From: an uncultured virus (IMG/VR IMGVR_UViG_3300037245_001637)
Taxonomy: Duplodnaviria > Heunggongvirae > Uroviricota > Caudoviricetes
DNA: 64,000 nt
IMG/VR virus record: IMGVR_UViG_3300037245_001637
Direction: 5' to 3' (one strand)
The position numbers and the translations under genes were made by a program. Positions 28,193-42,182 of the stretch are shown here, in pieces. Every line of letters begins with the position of its first letter. Position 1 is the stretch's first letter. The notes beneath the pieces were generated by a model, which did not search any database, had not been told where the DNA came from, and saw only the letters and a program-made list of their open reading frames with translations.

Positions 28193-31100
28193 TCAAACAA
28201 AATCAATACCTACATATACAGAACTCAACCTCTCCTCCAACTCCTCAACTTCCTTCCTCAAAATAATTATACTCTGATACAAAGCATAATCCCTACCATA
28301 CTTTATCTGCTCAGGCATCAAATCCAAATCATACAACAATCCATCCAAAGGCTGATGCAATACCGATTTCCTAAATGAGTCCTGAATATTCCATTTATCT
28401 TCTATCACACAGCTCTCCTTTTCAGCTTCAGATTCACTCTATTAAACACATCTTCCCTATCATTGTTAAATCTTAATCGGACATTATCACAGTATTTATC
28501 TATTATCTCAATAACTACAGCTTCACATCCTACAGCATCCCAATGTCTTCCATGGCACCATGAAACAACCTCTACAACATCACCCAATATAAAATGATCT
28601 GCTATATCTTCCAACAACTCCACATTAACCCAATCAATAGGGTATCTTACTAGTGCATCTGATGCTTTCTTAATCCAAATATGTTCCCCATCTACTTGCC
28701 AGATCTTTCCTATTACATCCCAATCTAACTCATTAGTGTATAATTCCTCTGTACTCTTATCTTTAAATGTTACATGGACTTTGGTGTGTAATGGTAATGA
28801 TACTTTATAATTTTTATTCATAATCATCCCTTTCATCACCTTCACTTAAATGCTCCCGCCAATAATCTCCTTCCATGGAAGAGTCAGATGAGAAGTCATT
28901 GTGTATACATTTACTACAACAAGGTCTACCTCGAACGATCTCACAATTATAACATTCTTTTAATCTGTTAAGTTGTGTTTTTAAGGCTCCTATTGTTCCT
29001 TGTGTATGTAAATGATAATCTTTAACTACTTCAAAATCTTCTCTGGATAAGTTAGCTTGGGCAATTATATTCTCTGCTCTATTTTTTAGTCTCTCCCAAT
29101 CGCTATCTGTCATTTGAATCCTTTCTATGTTTGTTATCATAAATCCTCCTCTAAATACTCTTCCAAATCACCACAAGCATCATCTATTGAATATCTTTTT
29201 GGAAACTCTCCTCTAGAATAACTTGAATGCATTTCTACATGCTTAGGTATCAGTACTGGTGCATGTTTAGTGCATTCTCCTTCAAAGTCCTTGTAATTAT
29301 CATCATCCCAGTCAAATTCTTTCCTTGGTCCCGTAAACCATTTACATTTTAAGCATTTCATTTACTTCCCTCCTCTTAATAACACATCACATAATTAGAA
29401 CAATTTGTATTATGTCTCCATCCATTACTACTGGCTGAGTCTTTACAGCAACTTACTCTATGGGAGCAATTCATAGTATCACATATATCATCAGACATCT
29501 CTTTAGATTTTGTTCTAATAATTATTCCATTTGGTCCTTGAATATCTTTTATTGCAAAGTTCATATCTTGAATGCTAATTTCGATTACTTCATACCTGTC
29601 TTCCTCTAAGTTCATTTATGTCTCTTCTCCATACAACTCTTCTAGTATATGCCAATATCTACTATTATCAGCACCTCCAACTTCTGAATTGCATCTTAAA
29701 CAAAATGTTGCGTAATAAACCTCTGGATAAGGTGCTCCATAATCTTCATGTCTTGTGCTTTTACAGCCGCACTTAGGACAGAATTCATATGGTAGTATTT
29801 CTGGTGGTGTGCTACAGTCGTTTTCTGAAGGGATAAATATTAGACTTTCAATTAACTTTTTAAGTTTTGCTTTACTTGTTTTAGTTCCCAGCAGATTCTT
29901 TTTAAACTTTCTTGACATTTTACCTGTCTCTTGCCATCTTTGATAGTATTTATTAAACTTTTTATATGTCATTTACTTCCCTACTTTACTTAATTTCTCA
30001 ATTCTGCCTAACTGAGTCAACGTTAATTCATTTAGATTATTATGTTCACTGTTGTTAACCATACCAAACACATGACCTTCTATATTATTTAGGTTGGATA
30101 ACATGTCGTTATGATTTTCCAAAATCTCTTCCATTAAAAATTGCATTAACTCTTGTTTTTCATATGTATTCATGCTTAAAATCATTTTCTCTACTTCTCT
30201 TTTCATCTAATCCTCCTTAATCTCAATCCTCTTAGAACAATAAGGGCATGTTTTAAACTCTTTATGTGCATATCTGCATTCACTATCCTTAAATTCTTTA
30301 CAACTAAGAGTAGCTAAATGTCCTGATATATGTTCAAAATAGCAAACTTCCTTACTTATACTATTCCGTAAATCATCCTGCCCTTGATCATACCCATCAG
30401 AAAATCCACTGTCGTATATAGATGAGTTTTCTGTTATTTGCTCTGACATAGGTTTTTCAGGGGGTGTTCCTGTTCCATGGCATACTTTACATGTTCTGTA
30501 TTCTTCATAAGACATTCCATCATAATAAACTTGTCCTGATCCGTTACAATTGCCACATTTCACTTATTCCTCCTCAGTCATCTCCAACATATCTACTCTA
30601 CTCTCTAAATATGTAATAATCTCCTGTATATCATCATCTTCCTCTATACAAGGTATCACATCTCCTAATATTCTCAATTTAAATAAAATATCGTTAATTG
30701 TTATCATTCTTTTCTCCTTCTATTTCAGGTTTCCCATTATCACTAGCCTTCCATAAGATATCTTTCTTGTATAACTCCCATTTAGGTTTAGATTGTTCCT
30801 CGCTGATTCCACGTCGATCCTCTTCTAGTTGAAAATAATCATACAGCTCTTCCCATAATACCTCTTCCACTGTCTCTTGTTTAGAATCATTTCCTACACC
30901 TAATAAATACCCAGTATAAAAAGCCATAGCATCAACATCATCACCAGTATTTCCACTAAACTCCTCTTGAAAAGAATCTTCTTCCTCAGTAGCATCTTTT
31001 GCAACCCATGATTCATAAAGTTTCCCTATTTTATTTCTTAACTTCATCTATTTCCCCTAACACCTTTTCCATTTCTATTACGTAATATAAGGATTCTCCT

Positions 31101-34100
31101 GCTAAATCTATGGCATTTTCATCTTGTAACTCCATAATTCCCGCTAAAGAATCTTTAAGAAGACTTATATATGCCTGTAACCCCACTTCTGGTTCTTCCT
31201 TTAAAGCTTCCAACCGATAATCACAAACTTCATCATTGTCACTATTATATGGAAAAGCTTCTTCCCATTCTTCGTCAGTATAATTAGCTCTACTATCCTC
31301 ATCACACCTCTCAGGCTTCCCTAAAATCTTTCCATAATAAACATTTCCTACCGAGTCGCTCCAACCATCATTACAAGCATCTTCTCTATAATAATCTAAA
31401 CTGCCCTGAGCACTGTCCTTAGCTTCTTCTAGGGTATCGTACTCTTCAAATTCATTATCTTCTGGGAAGTAACTAAAATACATTTCTTTACTCATTTCCC
31501 TTCTCCAAAAACACTTTCATATCTTCTTCAAAATGCTTCTTACCTGCCTCAATTACTTTATCTGATAATTCATCTATAGTATCTGCATACACCCACTCTA
31601 TACTATGCACTGAGTTATTGTAACCCCAACTCGAAGGTTTATCTGTCCCTTCTACAAAAGAAAATCTTACATGTAGAGGAGTTAATACTTCAGCTAGGAA
31701 TCCGCCTTTGTTATTCTTAAACATGAGATGTGCTAAAGGTACTTCTTCCAATTCACTCTCTACCATCTCTATAGTTTTATCATCATTTTTCCAATCTAAG
31801 GTATTACAAACCACCTCTAATCCTTCTTCATAAAACTCTTCCATTATCTCTGAATTTGATTCTTCATATCTACTACTAGATGCTTCCATAGCTATCATAG
31901 TTATTTTATTTATTGAAGCATGACTATCTTCAATCTTATCTCTTAAATGTTTATATATCATTTTATTTCTCTCCCTGAAGTTCTTCTATAAACTCCATTA
32001 TTGCCTGTCTGACATCTTCCCTATTAAAAGGTATTAGTCGTTTAAGAACACAGTTTAATATTACTAATCTAGTCTTTAAATCTCTAACATCATTTCCTAT
32101 ACTAGTTATGGCTATGTCTTTGTACCATTCATCAGAATCAAATCTACTAATAATAACTTCAACATTATGTGATGTGATAGCATTATTGTGTTCTATTGCT
32201 CCTCCTGCATTATACCTTGTTGTAAATTCTTCTCCACAAATTTTACATTTGTAATTAATATTTTCTAAATCCATTTTATTTCTCCTCCTTCCCAAATACT
32301 CTTTGTGGTATTCTTCTCCAATGTTGACATCCCTTTAAGAAGATATTCATCATTTTCCAGTATTCCTCATTTCTCTTTAAATCAGGGAACATCTTAGCAA
32401 AATCATTTGTGCACATATCAGTTGTAAAATCTATTTCCACTTGTTGCATAGCTAAATCATAATCTTCCATAATCTCCTGAGGTGTTTCTCCATCAAGTAA
32501 TCTTTGTTCATATTCCCCTATATATCCTTCATCTTTACATTCTCTCATACCTTCTACATAGTCTAGCCTTTCTTGTTTTGTTAATTTACTTTTCATCTAT
32601 TTCTCCTTCTGTCTTCCCAAACATTCTATCCATTTGTTCTTTCCTAGCTTGTCTATTATATTTTAAATCTTTTCTCAACAACCATACAATAATTATTCGT
32701 TTTCTTCTTTTGGTTAGGAAGTGATTTATCATAAAGGATAGGATTACAGCTTGTATATTTCTGAACCAACTCCCTATTGCTTTTGAATCAAATGTTATTT
32801 GGAAGTACACGGCATTACTCCTAGTACAACTTTTATCCTATCCCATATTGTTAAGGGAGCCATCCTTGCATTGGTGGGTTTTGAGCAAGGACAATAAAGC
32901 ATCTGCATTTTAAACTTTTTATCATAAGTTGCTGTCCAGTTCCCTTCTAATAATTCTTTTTCACACTCTTCACATTTCATATTTTATACTCCTACCACAT
33001 CTGTCATTTCTCTAAGATAGTACAAAACTTCTCCTGCTAGATCAGTTGCATACTCATCTTGTAATTCTATAATATTTTTTAAAGCATGAATACTATTACT
33101 TATGTGTGCTTTCATTATATCTTTCTCAGTGATACTCTGTGTTACCTTTTCTTTAAAAGCTCCAACGATCTGCTCCATAGCTTCATAAGATTCTAATAAT
33201 TCCTTCTCCAACTTCTCAATCTTATATTCTAATCCTGCATTAGTCTCTTCCATACTGTAAAACTTATTTTGGAAATGACTAGCGGACTTCTGTAGAAAAG
33301 AATTATCTAAAATATCATCAATAGCATCTTTAGGTATTCTTAAAACATTACTCCATTGCTCACATCTATGATCTCTGTCTTTTACAAAACTATTACATTC
33401 TGTACAGTAGAATTTATCTTCTTTATGCATCCTTAATATCCTTAAATTCAATATCTTCTATAAACGCATTACCTTGATTTCCATTGGTTGCTTCAATCTT
33501 TATTTCTTGTATAACTTCCTCATTCAAAACTAAATATAGTATTTGTGTATCTTCCCATCCTGTACTATATATTGCTAGATTACCTTGTTTTATTTTAATT
33601 GTTTTTTCATGTTGTACTACTTCATTATTTATTGTTACTTTCTTTTCAATTTTCATCTATCCCCCTAAACAAAACATGCTAAATAATTATCTTCTTCAAT
33701 CATCCAGCTCAATTTCATCAATGCTATTACATCTTCCTTTGTTATTCCATGCACTATAAGTACATCTACACGCTCAGAAAACAGTATATCTTTGCTTGTT
33801 CCTGTTACTACATTATCTGTATATTTAGCTATTATCTGTAATCCTTTGTAAGCATTATCGCCTTCCCAGTTCTTCATGGTGTCGTCATCCATTATCTCTA
33901 TAAATTCTTCTATTGTTATTTTATTCATAAACATCTCCTTCTAACTCTTCATCAATAACTACACTTTCTCTATCAAAACCAAATCTAGGTTCTCCTCCAA
34001 GCTCAACAAGAATATCATTCATCTTATCTTCTATGCAATCTTGACATATATGTCTTAATAATCCTTCAAAAGGTAGTCTTCCGTAGACAAATCCATTACA

Positions 34101-37100
34101 TCTTTCACAAAAACCTACAGGTGTTCCATAATAAGATCCCATTATTTTAGCACCATTTTTACGATATGCCCAATGTCCTTTTGTTAGTAAACCTTCTCTT
34201 TCAAGTATTGTTTTCTGCTCTCTTGTGTAATTGTAAATAGGGTCTTTGGTCATCTAACAATACCCACAATTTTTAAGAATCCCTCTAAATTTTGGTGTAT
34301 CCTCTATGGTATTTTCCTCTCCGTCTTCCCACATAATACACAACTTATCTTCCTGTAGTACTATTTCTCCGTCAATAGGTGTACCTGAATGAAACCATTC
34401 GTTATCCTTTCCATAATAAGTTAGCTTCATTCCCTCCACCAGTTCATATTCCAGTGTATATGTTTCTATTTTCTTAACTAATGTTGTTAATTTTACTTTC
34501 ATCCTATTCCCTCCTAACTCAATCCAGTCTTTCGACCAACATAACTATAAACCTTGCTTATTAAGGCATCTGGCTGAAACCAACTATCTCCTGTTATTAC
34601 AAACTTTATAGGCATGATTATAAATCTTATGCTTACAAACAAAATAAATAGAAGTGGTGCAAATAGTCTCCATAGGAATCCGCCTGTTTCAATTTCATAG
34701 GGATCTTTTATTATTGTATAGGTATTTAATATATTTTCTACTGCTCGAAACTTCTTATTCATAGAGTCAGCTGCATCAACTGCTCTAGCTATTTTCTCTG
34801 AGAGGTTTTCTACATCTCCACACCATAAACTTCTACCTTTATACATTTTAAATATCTTCATTCCCTCTCCTCAACCTTCAATAAACCAGAGTACCTACAA
34901 CCTTGTAAGAAAGCTTCTTCCAACATTAAATCTTCTACTCCATCTGTTATTTCCTTAAAGGCTTTCTTACAATCTTCTTCTGACTCGTCATATATAATTA
35001 AATGCTCTAGTCCCTTTATATCCTCTATCAAATCCTCGGCTAATCTCTTGACATCTTTTGTTAATTCATATTTATCATAGGAATAGCTATTATAATTTGG
35101 ATTCTTTAGAAATGAGCCTGTTATATAAGAAACAATAGTGTCTCTGAAGATCTCCTCTCCTGATTTCCTATGTCTTCTATTATATATTCCTTTAGCTTTC
35201 TCTATCCATTCGTTCATGTGTCCTCCTCAACCATACCCATTAGTAGGAATATGCCCGTAAACTTTCTCTTTTACCCAGTTCTCATCCCAGTAACCACCTT
35301 CGTTTCCATGATAACCTATTCCAATAAACCCTATATCACCATCTTCTCTCCATCCACCATCAGGTCTTGTTAGATATCCATCTGAACTACCAACTGCTTC
35401 TGGGTTGTCTTTTAGTAGTTCTTCAAAGTTTTTATAGTATATGTACATTCTTCATTATCCTTTTTAAATTCTAATACCTTACTAAGTATTTTTACAATAG
35501 CTTCCTCTAAACCTTCATCTGTATCAGGAAAATCCTCTGTAGATTCATAGACATCTTCCATATAAATTCCTATCTCATCTTTTCCAGAATCAGCTATACT
35601 CCATTCTACATAATTATCATCTATCCAGTATGCTTTATTTATTCCGTGTCTAACTCTTTGTAGGAATAATGGAAAATAAACTTCTTTAAATACTTTTGTG
35701 TCATGTAAAGCACTTAATTCATCTGAAATACTTTCATCACCTAAGCCTAAAGAATAGCCTACATGTCCAAAATCTGCCATATAAAAATCCTTTGGATTGA
35801 ATAGATCTATACATTGTTCTAATTGTTTTATACTGTTAAACTTCATTTAACTCTCCTTAAAAATTATTTACCTGTATATTATTATCTCCTAGCTGTACTC
35901 CTGTAGATGATGCCATAAGTATTTCTGGTTTTTCAACAGACTCGCTCAATCCTACCAGACATCTACTATCATAGTTAGTAGTTTGTGTGTAATAACTTCA
36001 TCATCTTGTTTAATAGTACAAGTGCCTAACTCTACATTTGGAGCGACCTCCCAACAAGAACAATTCATACATAATACTGGTCTTGATTGTGTTTCTTTAC
36101 TCATCCTTCAAACTCTCCTCAATCTCTTTCCAAGTCATATCTGTTGCTTCCTCTACTACACTTGCCCATACCTTTAAAGGACAAGCCACTGATTTTTTAC
36201 ATATTCTCCAATTAGTACAATCAGGGCACCCATTATTGTCTAAACATATATCAATCAAAGTATCTAACATTTTTGAAGAGGTTGCAAATAATCTTGCATG
36301 TTTAGGGTTAGCTATATCTGTTGTTATTAGATTAGAGCCCCATGGAAAACAGTTAAGTATATCATATGTCTTTCTCTCATAATCTCCAGAATCATCAACA
36401 CATGTTCTTATTTTAAACTCTCCTCTACAAATTCCTAGTTTTTCTAAGTTATTCATACACTACTCCTTCCAAGCTTTAATTTTCTTGTAATAATTATACA
36501 GTTTCTTAAAACCTTCTTCATAGGAAAGTAGGATGTTCTCTCTTTCTTTAGCTATACAAGTTGTCATATACGTATGTGTTCCATCTCTATATGGAATTAT
36601 TTCTAGGACTTCATAGTTATCATCCATGTACTCACACTCTATTCTACAATTAGCTAGTATATACTGTACATACTTCTTGTGTTCTTCTGGTACAACAAAT
36701 TCAAAATCTAACATCTAAGTAACCTCTTCACAGATCTAACTGAATCAGGATCAACTTCTTCATAGTCATAATTCATTGTATCAGATAGTACACCCATACC
36801 ATTTATATATGTTCCATGAATATCTCTTAATAAATACCCTGTAACAATTTCATCTGTTTGTAAAGCTTTACCTGAATAAACACCTTGCTCAATTTCAGGG
36901 TCAAACCATACACCTTGAAACTCTTTGATCATTCTTAGTATAGTTCTTACCTCATGATGTTCTAGAGTTAATTGTTCTTCTGTATTCTCAAATAGATATC
37001 TAACTATATATTTCTCCCATGCTTCCTGTACTTCTTTATCATAATACTTTCCTGCTGAGTCTAACATTAAGTCAGGTTTATTTTTTATATTGTAAAATTG

Positions 37101-39471
37101 TGTTTCAAATTGTTCTCTAATCATTTCTTATCCTTTTGACTTTCAAAGTACCTTTTATGTCCTGTTACATAACATTCATATGCATACATTGTTTCATATG
37201 ATGTTCTACCTTTAGAGTCTGTATATTCCTTTAACTCAAAATCCCATCTATCTCCTGCTCTGTAGTGAATATCTTCTTCAAACTCTTCTCTTAATATCTC
37301 ATTCTTAAATATTAATTGTAATTCTTTATTGGTCATCTCTTCTCCAAACGACCTTTACTTTAGGTTCTACTTTCTCAAACTCTCCATCTAGGAACATTTG
37401 ATAAGGGTGTCCTTCCATATCATAGATAACTTCTACTTCATCCTCTTCTAAAATACCCCTGCAAAAAATGCCCTCAGGTAACAAATGGGCTTCTTCCCAA
37501 GCTTCCTCTCCTTCTAATATTACACAATAATCCCCTGTGTTCAATTTTACAATAAAATGTACTTCTAGTAATTCTTTAATTGTTTCTTTCATCTTACTAT
37601 TCTCCCTCTTATTAATACTTTCTAATACCTCTTCCTTGACATGATCACATTCTTCAAAGAAAGTCTTACCATCTAATGTTCCAAACATTTGTCCACATAT
37701 TTTACAATTACCATACATATTATACCTCCTCTAATCCTTAAAAACAAATGTAACATCTTTTAAATATATACTATTTGTCTCTGCTATTTTTACCATTAGT
37801 AATATTGCTTCATCTACATATAGGTACTGCTCTAACATTTCTCTATTCTCTTTTAACACTGCCATAATACATCCGTAGGTGTTGTCTTCATAAGCTTTAT
37901 CCTCTGATTGATATCCTGATCCTTCTCTATACATTATTTCCCTTCCTTCAACAAGCTCTCATGCAAGTCTTTCAATTTCTCTCTTACTTCTGTAAAATAA
38001 AATGGGGAATCATGATTATCCACCATATACATTAAACTGTCAAATAGGTCCTCCGCAGATGTAAATATCATCATTGTGTGAAGCATAACTTCAATAGTTA
38101 CCCCTTGGAATAGAGGATTATCAAGTATTTTATAGAAATCTAACGAGGTCTCTAAATCTTTTGTCTCCATCTTATAGCTCTTCCTTAGATACTAGTTTGT
38201 ATAAGTAGGTGAAGGGTTTCTTTGTTTTTATAGTATTTCCCTCAGAAGACACATACACAATCTCGTTGTCATTTAAAACTTTCCCTACAGTAGTTTCACA
38301 TGAAAAATGATCTTTGTATTTAGAATTTATAAAGTGTACTGTGTCATTAACTTCCAAATCTTCTCTTGAGCAAGGAATCCACACAAATTTTCCGCTATAA
38401 TCCCAATACTTCGTGATATACTCAGGAGATTCTACCACATAAAATCCTCTCTGGGATACTCTCAGTAACTGTGTTCCCCTATTAAAAATAATTTGCTTAT
38501 TTGACTCAATCGGAGTCTGCACCACAAATGTCTCAGGCTTCTTAATAATATTCTCTAAAGTTACCATTCTTTCTTTAATTTCCTTAATCTCTTTTAATGC
38601 TTGTTCTCTGTCTGTCATTTTGTTTTTCTCCTCTGCTATTCTTATTTCATTAGATAGGTTATCATATTCTGCTGTAATTGCTTGTAAACGTCTATTAAAT
38701 GGAGGAGGACATTTATACACACTTCTATAAACTTCATCTGCCTCCCTTTCTCCTTGTATCTCTCTATGTAATTCCAACATTCTTACCTCTGCCGAATTTT
38801 TCATATCATATTCTCCTTTACATATTTTGTTCATATTATTTAAACTCTCTTCAAATTTGTTATACATATCATACCATGTTTTTAAACCTGTACACATAAC
38901 TTTTATGGTTAACTTATTTTCTTTAGGTTTTTCAGCAAGTAATATAATTTTCTTAATACTAGAAGATTTATATTCATATCGTCCTAATCCTGTACTGTAG
39001 GAGATACCATGTGCTTTTTCATATCCAAATGATTCTTCCACTTTTAGCTCTTTAACAGGTTTTCCATAATGATTGTTGCATATGTAGACATACTGTGTTT
39101 TCTTTCTATGCCTTATGCTTATTGTACCTATGAGAGTTCTCTTCTTGTATTTATAAGAGACTTGTTTCCCATGAAGCTTTACTAATTCTTTATGAGTTTT
39201 TATCATTCTTATGTTCCTTCAAATACACATAAATATCATCTCTAACAACACTGTCTGAAATTCCATAGGTGCTTGCTTCTGCCTTAAGATGCTTAGGTAG
39301 TGCTTGGAACATTACCTCTAATTGGTCTTTTGGTGTGTCTTCTTGTGTTAGCTCATATACGATATCATGTAGATAGTCATAGTCTCTGTCGTATAATTCA
39401 TATATTGGTTCTTTCATGTTTTCTCCTCTCTTGTTAGTATAATAGCATAGATTGGTGGTTGTGTCAAGCAT
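28193..39471 (-). other. Long array of about 35 small hypothetical CDSs (several Cys-rich zinc-ribbon proteins, a DnaJ-type CxxCxGxG protein at 30207-30563, a YopX-like protein at 36708-37124)
   Basis: Continuous abutting minus-strand ORFs with embedded SD sequences, typical of a large-phage early or accessory region. Confidence 0.7.
39439..39467 (-). promoter_or_regulatory. Sigma70-type promoter TTGACA-N17-TATTAT (TG-extended)
   Basis: Boxes read directly; heads the long small-ORF array. Confidence 0.75.
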
Positions 39472-39478
39472 TATAAAT

Positions 39479-39506
39479 AAAAAAGCCCCAATTAAGGAGC
39501 TTTTTT
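39479..39506 (-). terminator. Intrinsic terminator (possibly bidirectional)
   Basis: aaaaaagcccc..ggagctttttt. Confidence 0.6.
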
Positions 39507-39507
39507 A

Positions 39508-39888
39508 CTAATCTAATTCTTTTAACTTTGCTAATAGGGCATCTTCGGAAAGATTCTCTAAGGCATCTTCTTGTTTCTTGGCTAATATTCCCATGATTTT
39601 CTCTCTTTCAATCTTCTTAGCTCCAGCTTGTTTTCTGGATTTAGCTTCTTCTTTCTTAGTATTTAAGACAGATAGAACGACATCAAAAGCTAATTTTGTT
39701 CTTGAATCCTCTTCTGAAACATCATCTAAGAAGTTTTCCTCTGTAGATGCTTTAACCTGCTTATTTAAATCCATAGCCATTTTATTCAAAATTCCTAGGG
39801 AAATATCAAATAAATCCTCGGTCATTACAACCCCTCTGTCTGTTGCATATCGCAACTTTGCTCTTACTGCTTTTTCAAAAATACTCAT
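39508..39888 (-). CDS. Conserved phage coiled-coil protein of unknown function
   Basis: IFEKAVRAKLRYATDRG..EDLFD.. pattern recurrent in large phages. Confidence 0.7.
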   Translation of the reverse strand: MSIFEKAVRAKLRYATDRGVVMTEDLFDISLGILNKMAMDLNKQVKASTEENFLDDVSEEDSRTKLAFDVVLSVLNTKKEEAKSRKQAGAKKIEREKIMGILAKKQEDALENLSEDALLAKLKELD

Positions 39889-40091
39889 TGTTTCTTTCTC
39901 CTCTTAATGATTTACACAATTTCCCTTGTGTGCCATATATCCTTGATAGTGTGTATTTCTATAAACATACTCACATCCATCTATTTTAACTACTTTCCAG
40001 CCGTCTACTTTACTTGTTCCATTTACAGGGTAGCAACTTATTAAGACTAAAGATAGTGCTATTAACAATAGCTTTTTCATATTAGTTCTCC

Positions 40092-42119
40092 TTAAAACTT
40101 TAATTTAATAGTTCTTGTAAAATTACCTTCTACTTTAACAATAAGCTCATTTCGTTGGGTAGAACTAAATCCAAGTCCTGATAACTGATTATCAGACTGT
40201 GCTACTCTCATTTTATTTCCCAAAGCTGAAAAGACTCGTTTTTGTTCCATTAAATCATTATGTAGGAACTCATTATAGAATCCTCTTGGAGTAGATTCAT
40301 TTATGCAGTCATTCATAAAGAAGAAATAATGTTTATTTCCTGTCTTGTTACCTGACTCCCAAAAGTTAGGACTAAAAGACATAACAGATACAGGTGTAAA
40401 CTTCTGAGTTTTAATACCCCAAATTTCTTTTGAAGACATAGTAGAATCTAAGGATTTAATAAATTTAAGCCCTGAAGTTTTACTTACATCAACACTTGCG
40501 ACTAATACTTTCTCTCCCTGTTGTAACTCTTTATCATAACTAAAAGAATGAATTTCTCCTTCATACTCAATCTCTGCTGTAAAACCTGTTCTTCCCCCAT
40601 TATGAGAAAAGTTATGTACTATAAACTCATATTTACCTTCTAGCATCTTTGATTTATTTGTCCATGTAATATTTTCAACAGCTATTTTATTTCCTGGATG
40701 TTGGATGTCCACATCTAGTCTTCCTGAAGTCATGTTGTTGCTCATCCGACTAAAGTGGATGGTGTTACCACTAGGTTCTTTACAATGAGCATCGAAATCA
40801 TTTTGGTTGTTATCTCCATCATTCCACTGTATAGAGAATCTAAGAACTCCTTCAACATTTCCTCCTGCTTCTTTTACTCTCTGCTTCATGGAGTCTGTAA
40901 TATCTCCATTATACGACCATGAAAAGTTATTATTCCATTTAAGAATACTTGGTGCTTCTTTGTTAACAGGAGCAACTAAACTCATAAGATTACTTTGATG
41001 TTTATTCTCCATTAGAACTGAAATGCTTGTTGTAGTTGGTAGAATATTTTTTACAAAATCTTCAATAGATACTTCTTCAACCTTACCTAATTTCTTGGTA
41101 TTTTCGGGAATATCTGTTTTTAAATCATCAAATACTGATCCACCAATTTTCTTCTTGGCATCTCTGTTAACAAATAATGTGTCATTTACAGTGATGTCCT
41201 GTAATGTAGCATGTTCTCTTGGTAAAGAATCTGTTAATCCTTTCTCAAGAAGAACCTTTTCTGCATCTTCAACCATCTTCTTAGTAAAGATTTCCTTAGG
41301 TCTTTTATAGTTTGTTGGTGCTACTACAGATTCAAACTTTCTTACAGCCATATCTAACTCAACTCCTGCTGATATATCAATCAATAATGTACCAATAGCA
41401 GAGTTTCTTATTCTACCTACAGGATTGTTGAAGGAGTTTTCCCATGCCCAAATATCCTTTTCTTCCTCAGGGATAGCTTCATACTTAGTTTTGTATTTAA
41501 TGAAATCTGTGATAGATTTCTTGAACTCATCTCCTTTGTATAAAGAACCTTGCTCAATTAGCTCTAGGATAGTATTTCCTGCATCTAAAGTCAATTCTTC
41601 CATGGATCTCATAAATACATCTTTAGTCGATCTATGAGATCCTACAATAGATTCAACTGACTTAGAAGTCTTGTTCACAAACTTGTTAGGTAATTCACAA
41701 TAAAAGTGCTCGAATGTTATTACTTTATCATTCTCCCCTAGCTTATTATTGGAGTCTGCCCCTAGCTTATCTTCATTTGATAAAAATACATTTTTGATTG
41801 GTGATGCTTTAACTAGTTTGGACATTTCTTCTGCTACAATGTTGAATGGATAAGGCGCGTTTGGAGTATCCCAAATAGAAATTACCTTATTATCCTTTAT
41901 TGCTATCACATTTCCTATAGCTCTAATAAAGCTTTTGCAACAATTACATTCGTACTCCCTGTTCTCTTTATAAATCTCATTTGTTCCCTCTGGAAAGGAA
42001 GATAAATATAAATTCCATAAATCATCTTTTGGTACACTGGTTACAAATAAGGCCTTGTATTTCATCATATTTTTAATATGATCACTATGTAATTTCTTAA
42101 ACTTCTTAAACTCACTCAT
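40092..42119 (-). CDS. Large conserved phage protein (675 aa; CNCC motif; YfaP-like LDVD..AVENI.W domain)
   Basis: REYECNCCKSFIR, APTNYKRP, LRFSIQWND..NDFDAHC.EP, RGFYNEFL, LSGLGFSST. Confidence 0.75.
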   Translation of the reverse strand: MSEFKKFKKLHSDHIKNMMKYKALFVTSVPKDDLWNLYLSSFPEGTNEIYKENREYECNCCKSFIRAIGNVIAIKDNKVISIWDTPNAPYPFNIVAEEMSKLVKASPIKNVFLSNEDKLGADSNNKLGENDKVITFEHFYCELPNKFVNKTSKSVESIVGSHRSTKDVFMRSMEELTLDAGNTILELIEQGSLYKGDEFKKSITDFIKYKTKYEAIPEEEKDIWAWENSFNNPVGRIRNSAIGTLLIDISAGVELDMAVRKFESVVAPTNYKRPKEIFTKKMVEDAEKVLLEKGLTDSLPREHATLQDITVNDTLFVNRDAKKKIGGSVFDDLKTDIPENTKKLGKVEEVSIEDFVKNILPTTTSISVLMENKHQSNLMSLVAPVNKEAPSILKWNNNFSWSYNGDITDSMKQRVKEAGGNVEGVLRFSIQWNDGDNNQNDFDAHCKEPSGNTIHFSRMSNNMTSGRLDVDIQHPGNKIAVENITWTNKSKMLEGKYEFIVHNFSHNGGRTGFTAEIEYEGEIHSFSYDKELQQGEKVLVASVDVSKTSGLKFIKSLDSTMSSKEIWGIKTQKFTPVSVMSFSPNFWESGNKTGNKHYFFFMNDCINESTPRGFYNEFLHNDLMEQKRVFSALGNKMRVAQSDNQLSGLGFSSTQRNELIVKVEGNFTRTIKLKF

Positions 42120-42153
42120 TTCTGTTTCTCCTCTCTGTCTCTCTTATTATTTA

Positions 42154-42182
42154 ATAATACACCAAATGATTATTTATGTCAA
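42154..42182 (-). promoter_or_regulatory. Sigma70-type promoter TTGACA-N17-TATTAT overlapping the endonuclease stop codon
   Basis: Boxes read directly from the sequence. Confidence 0.75.
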
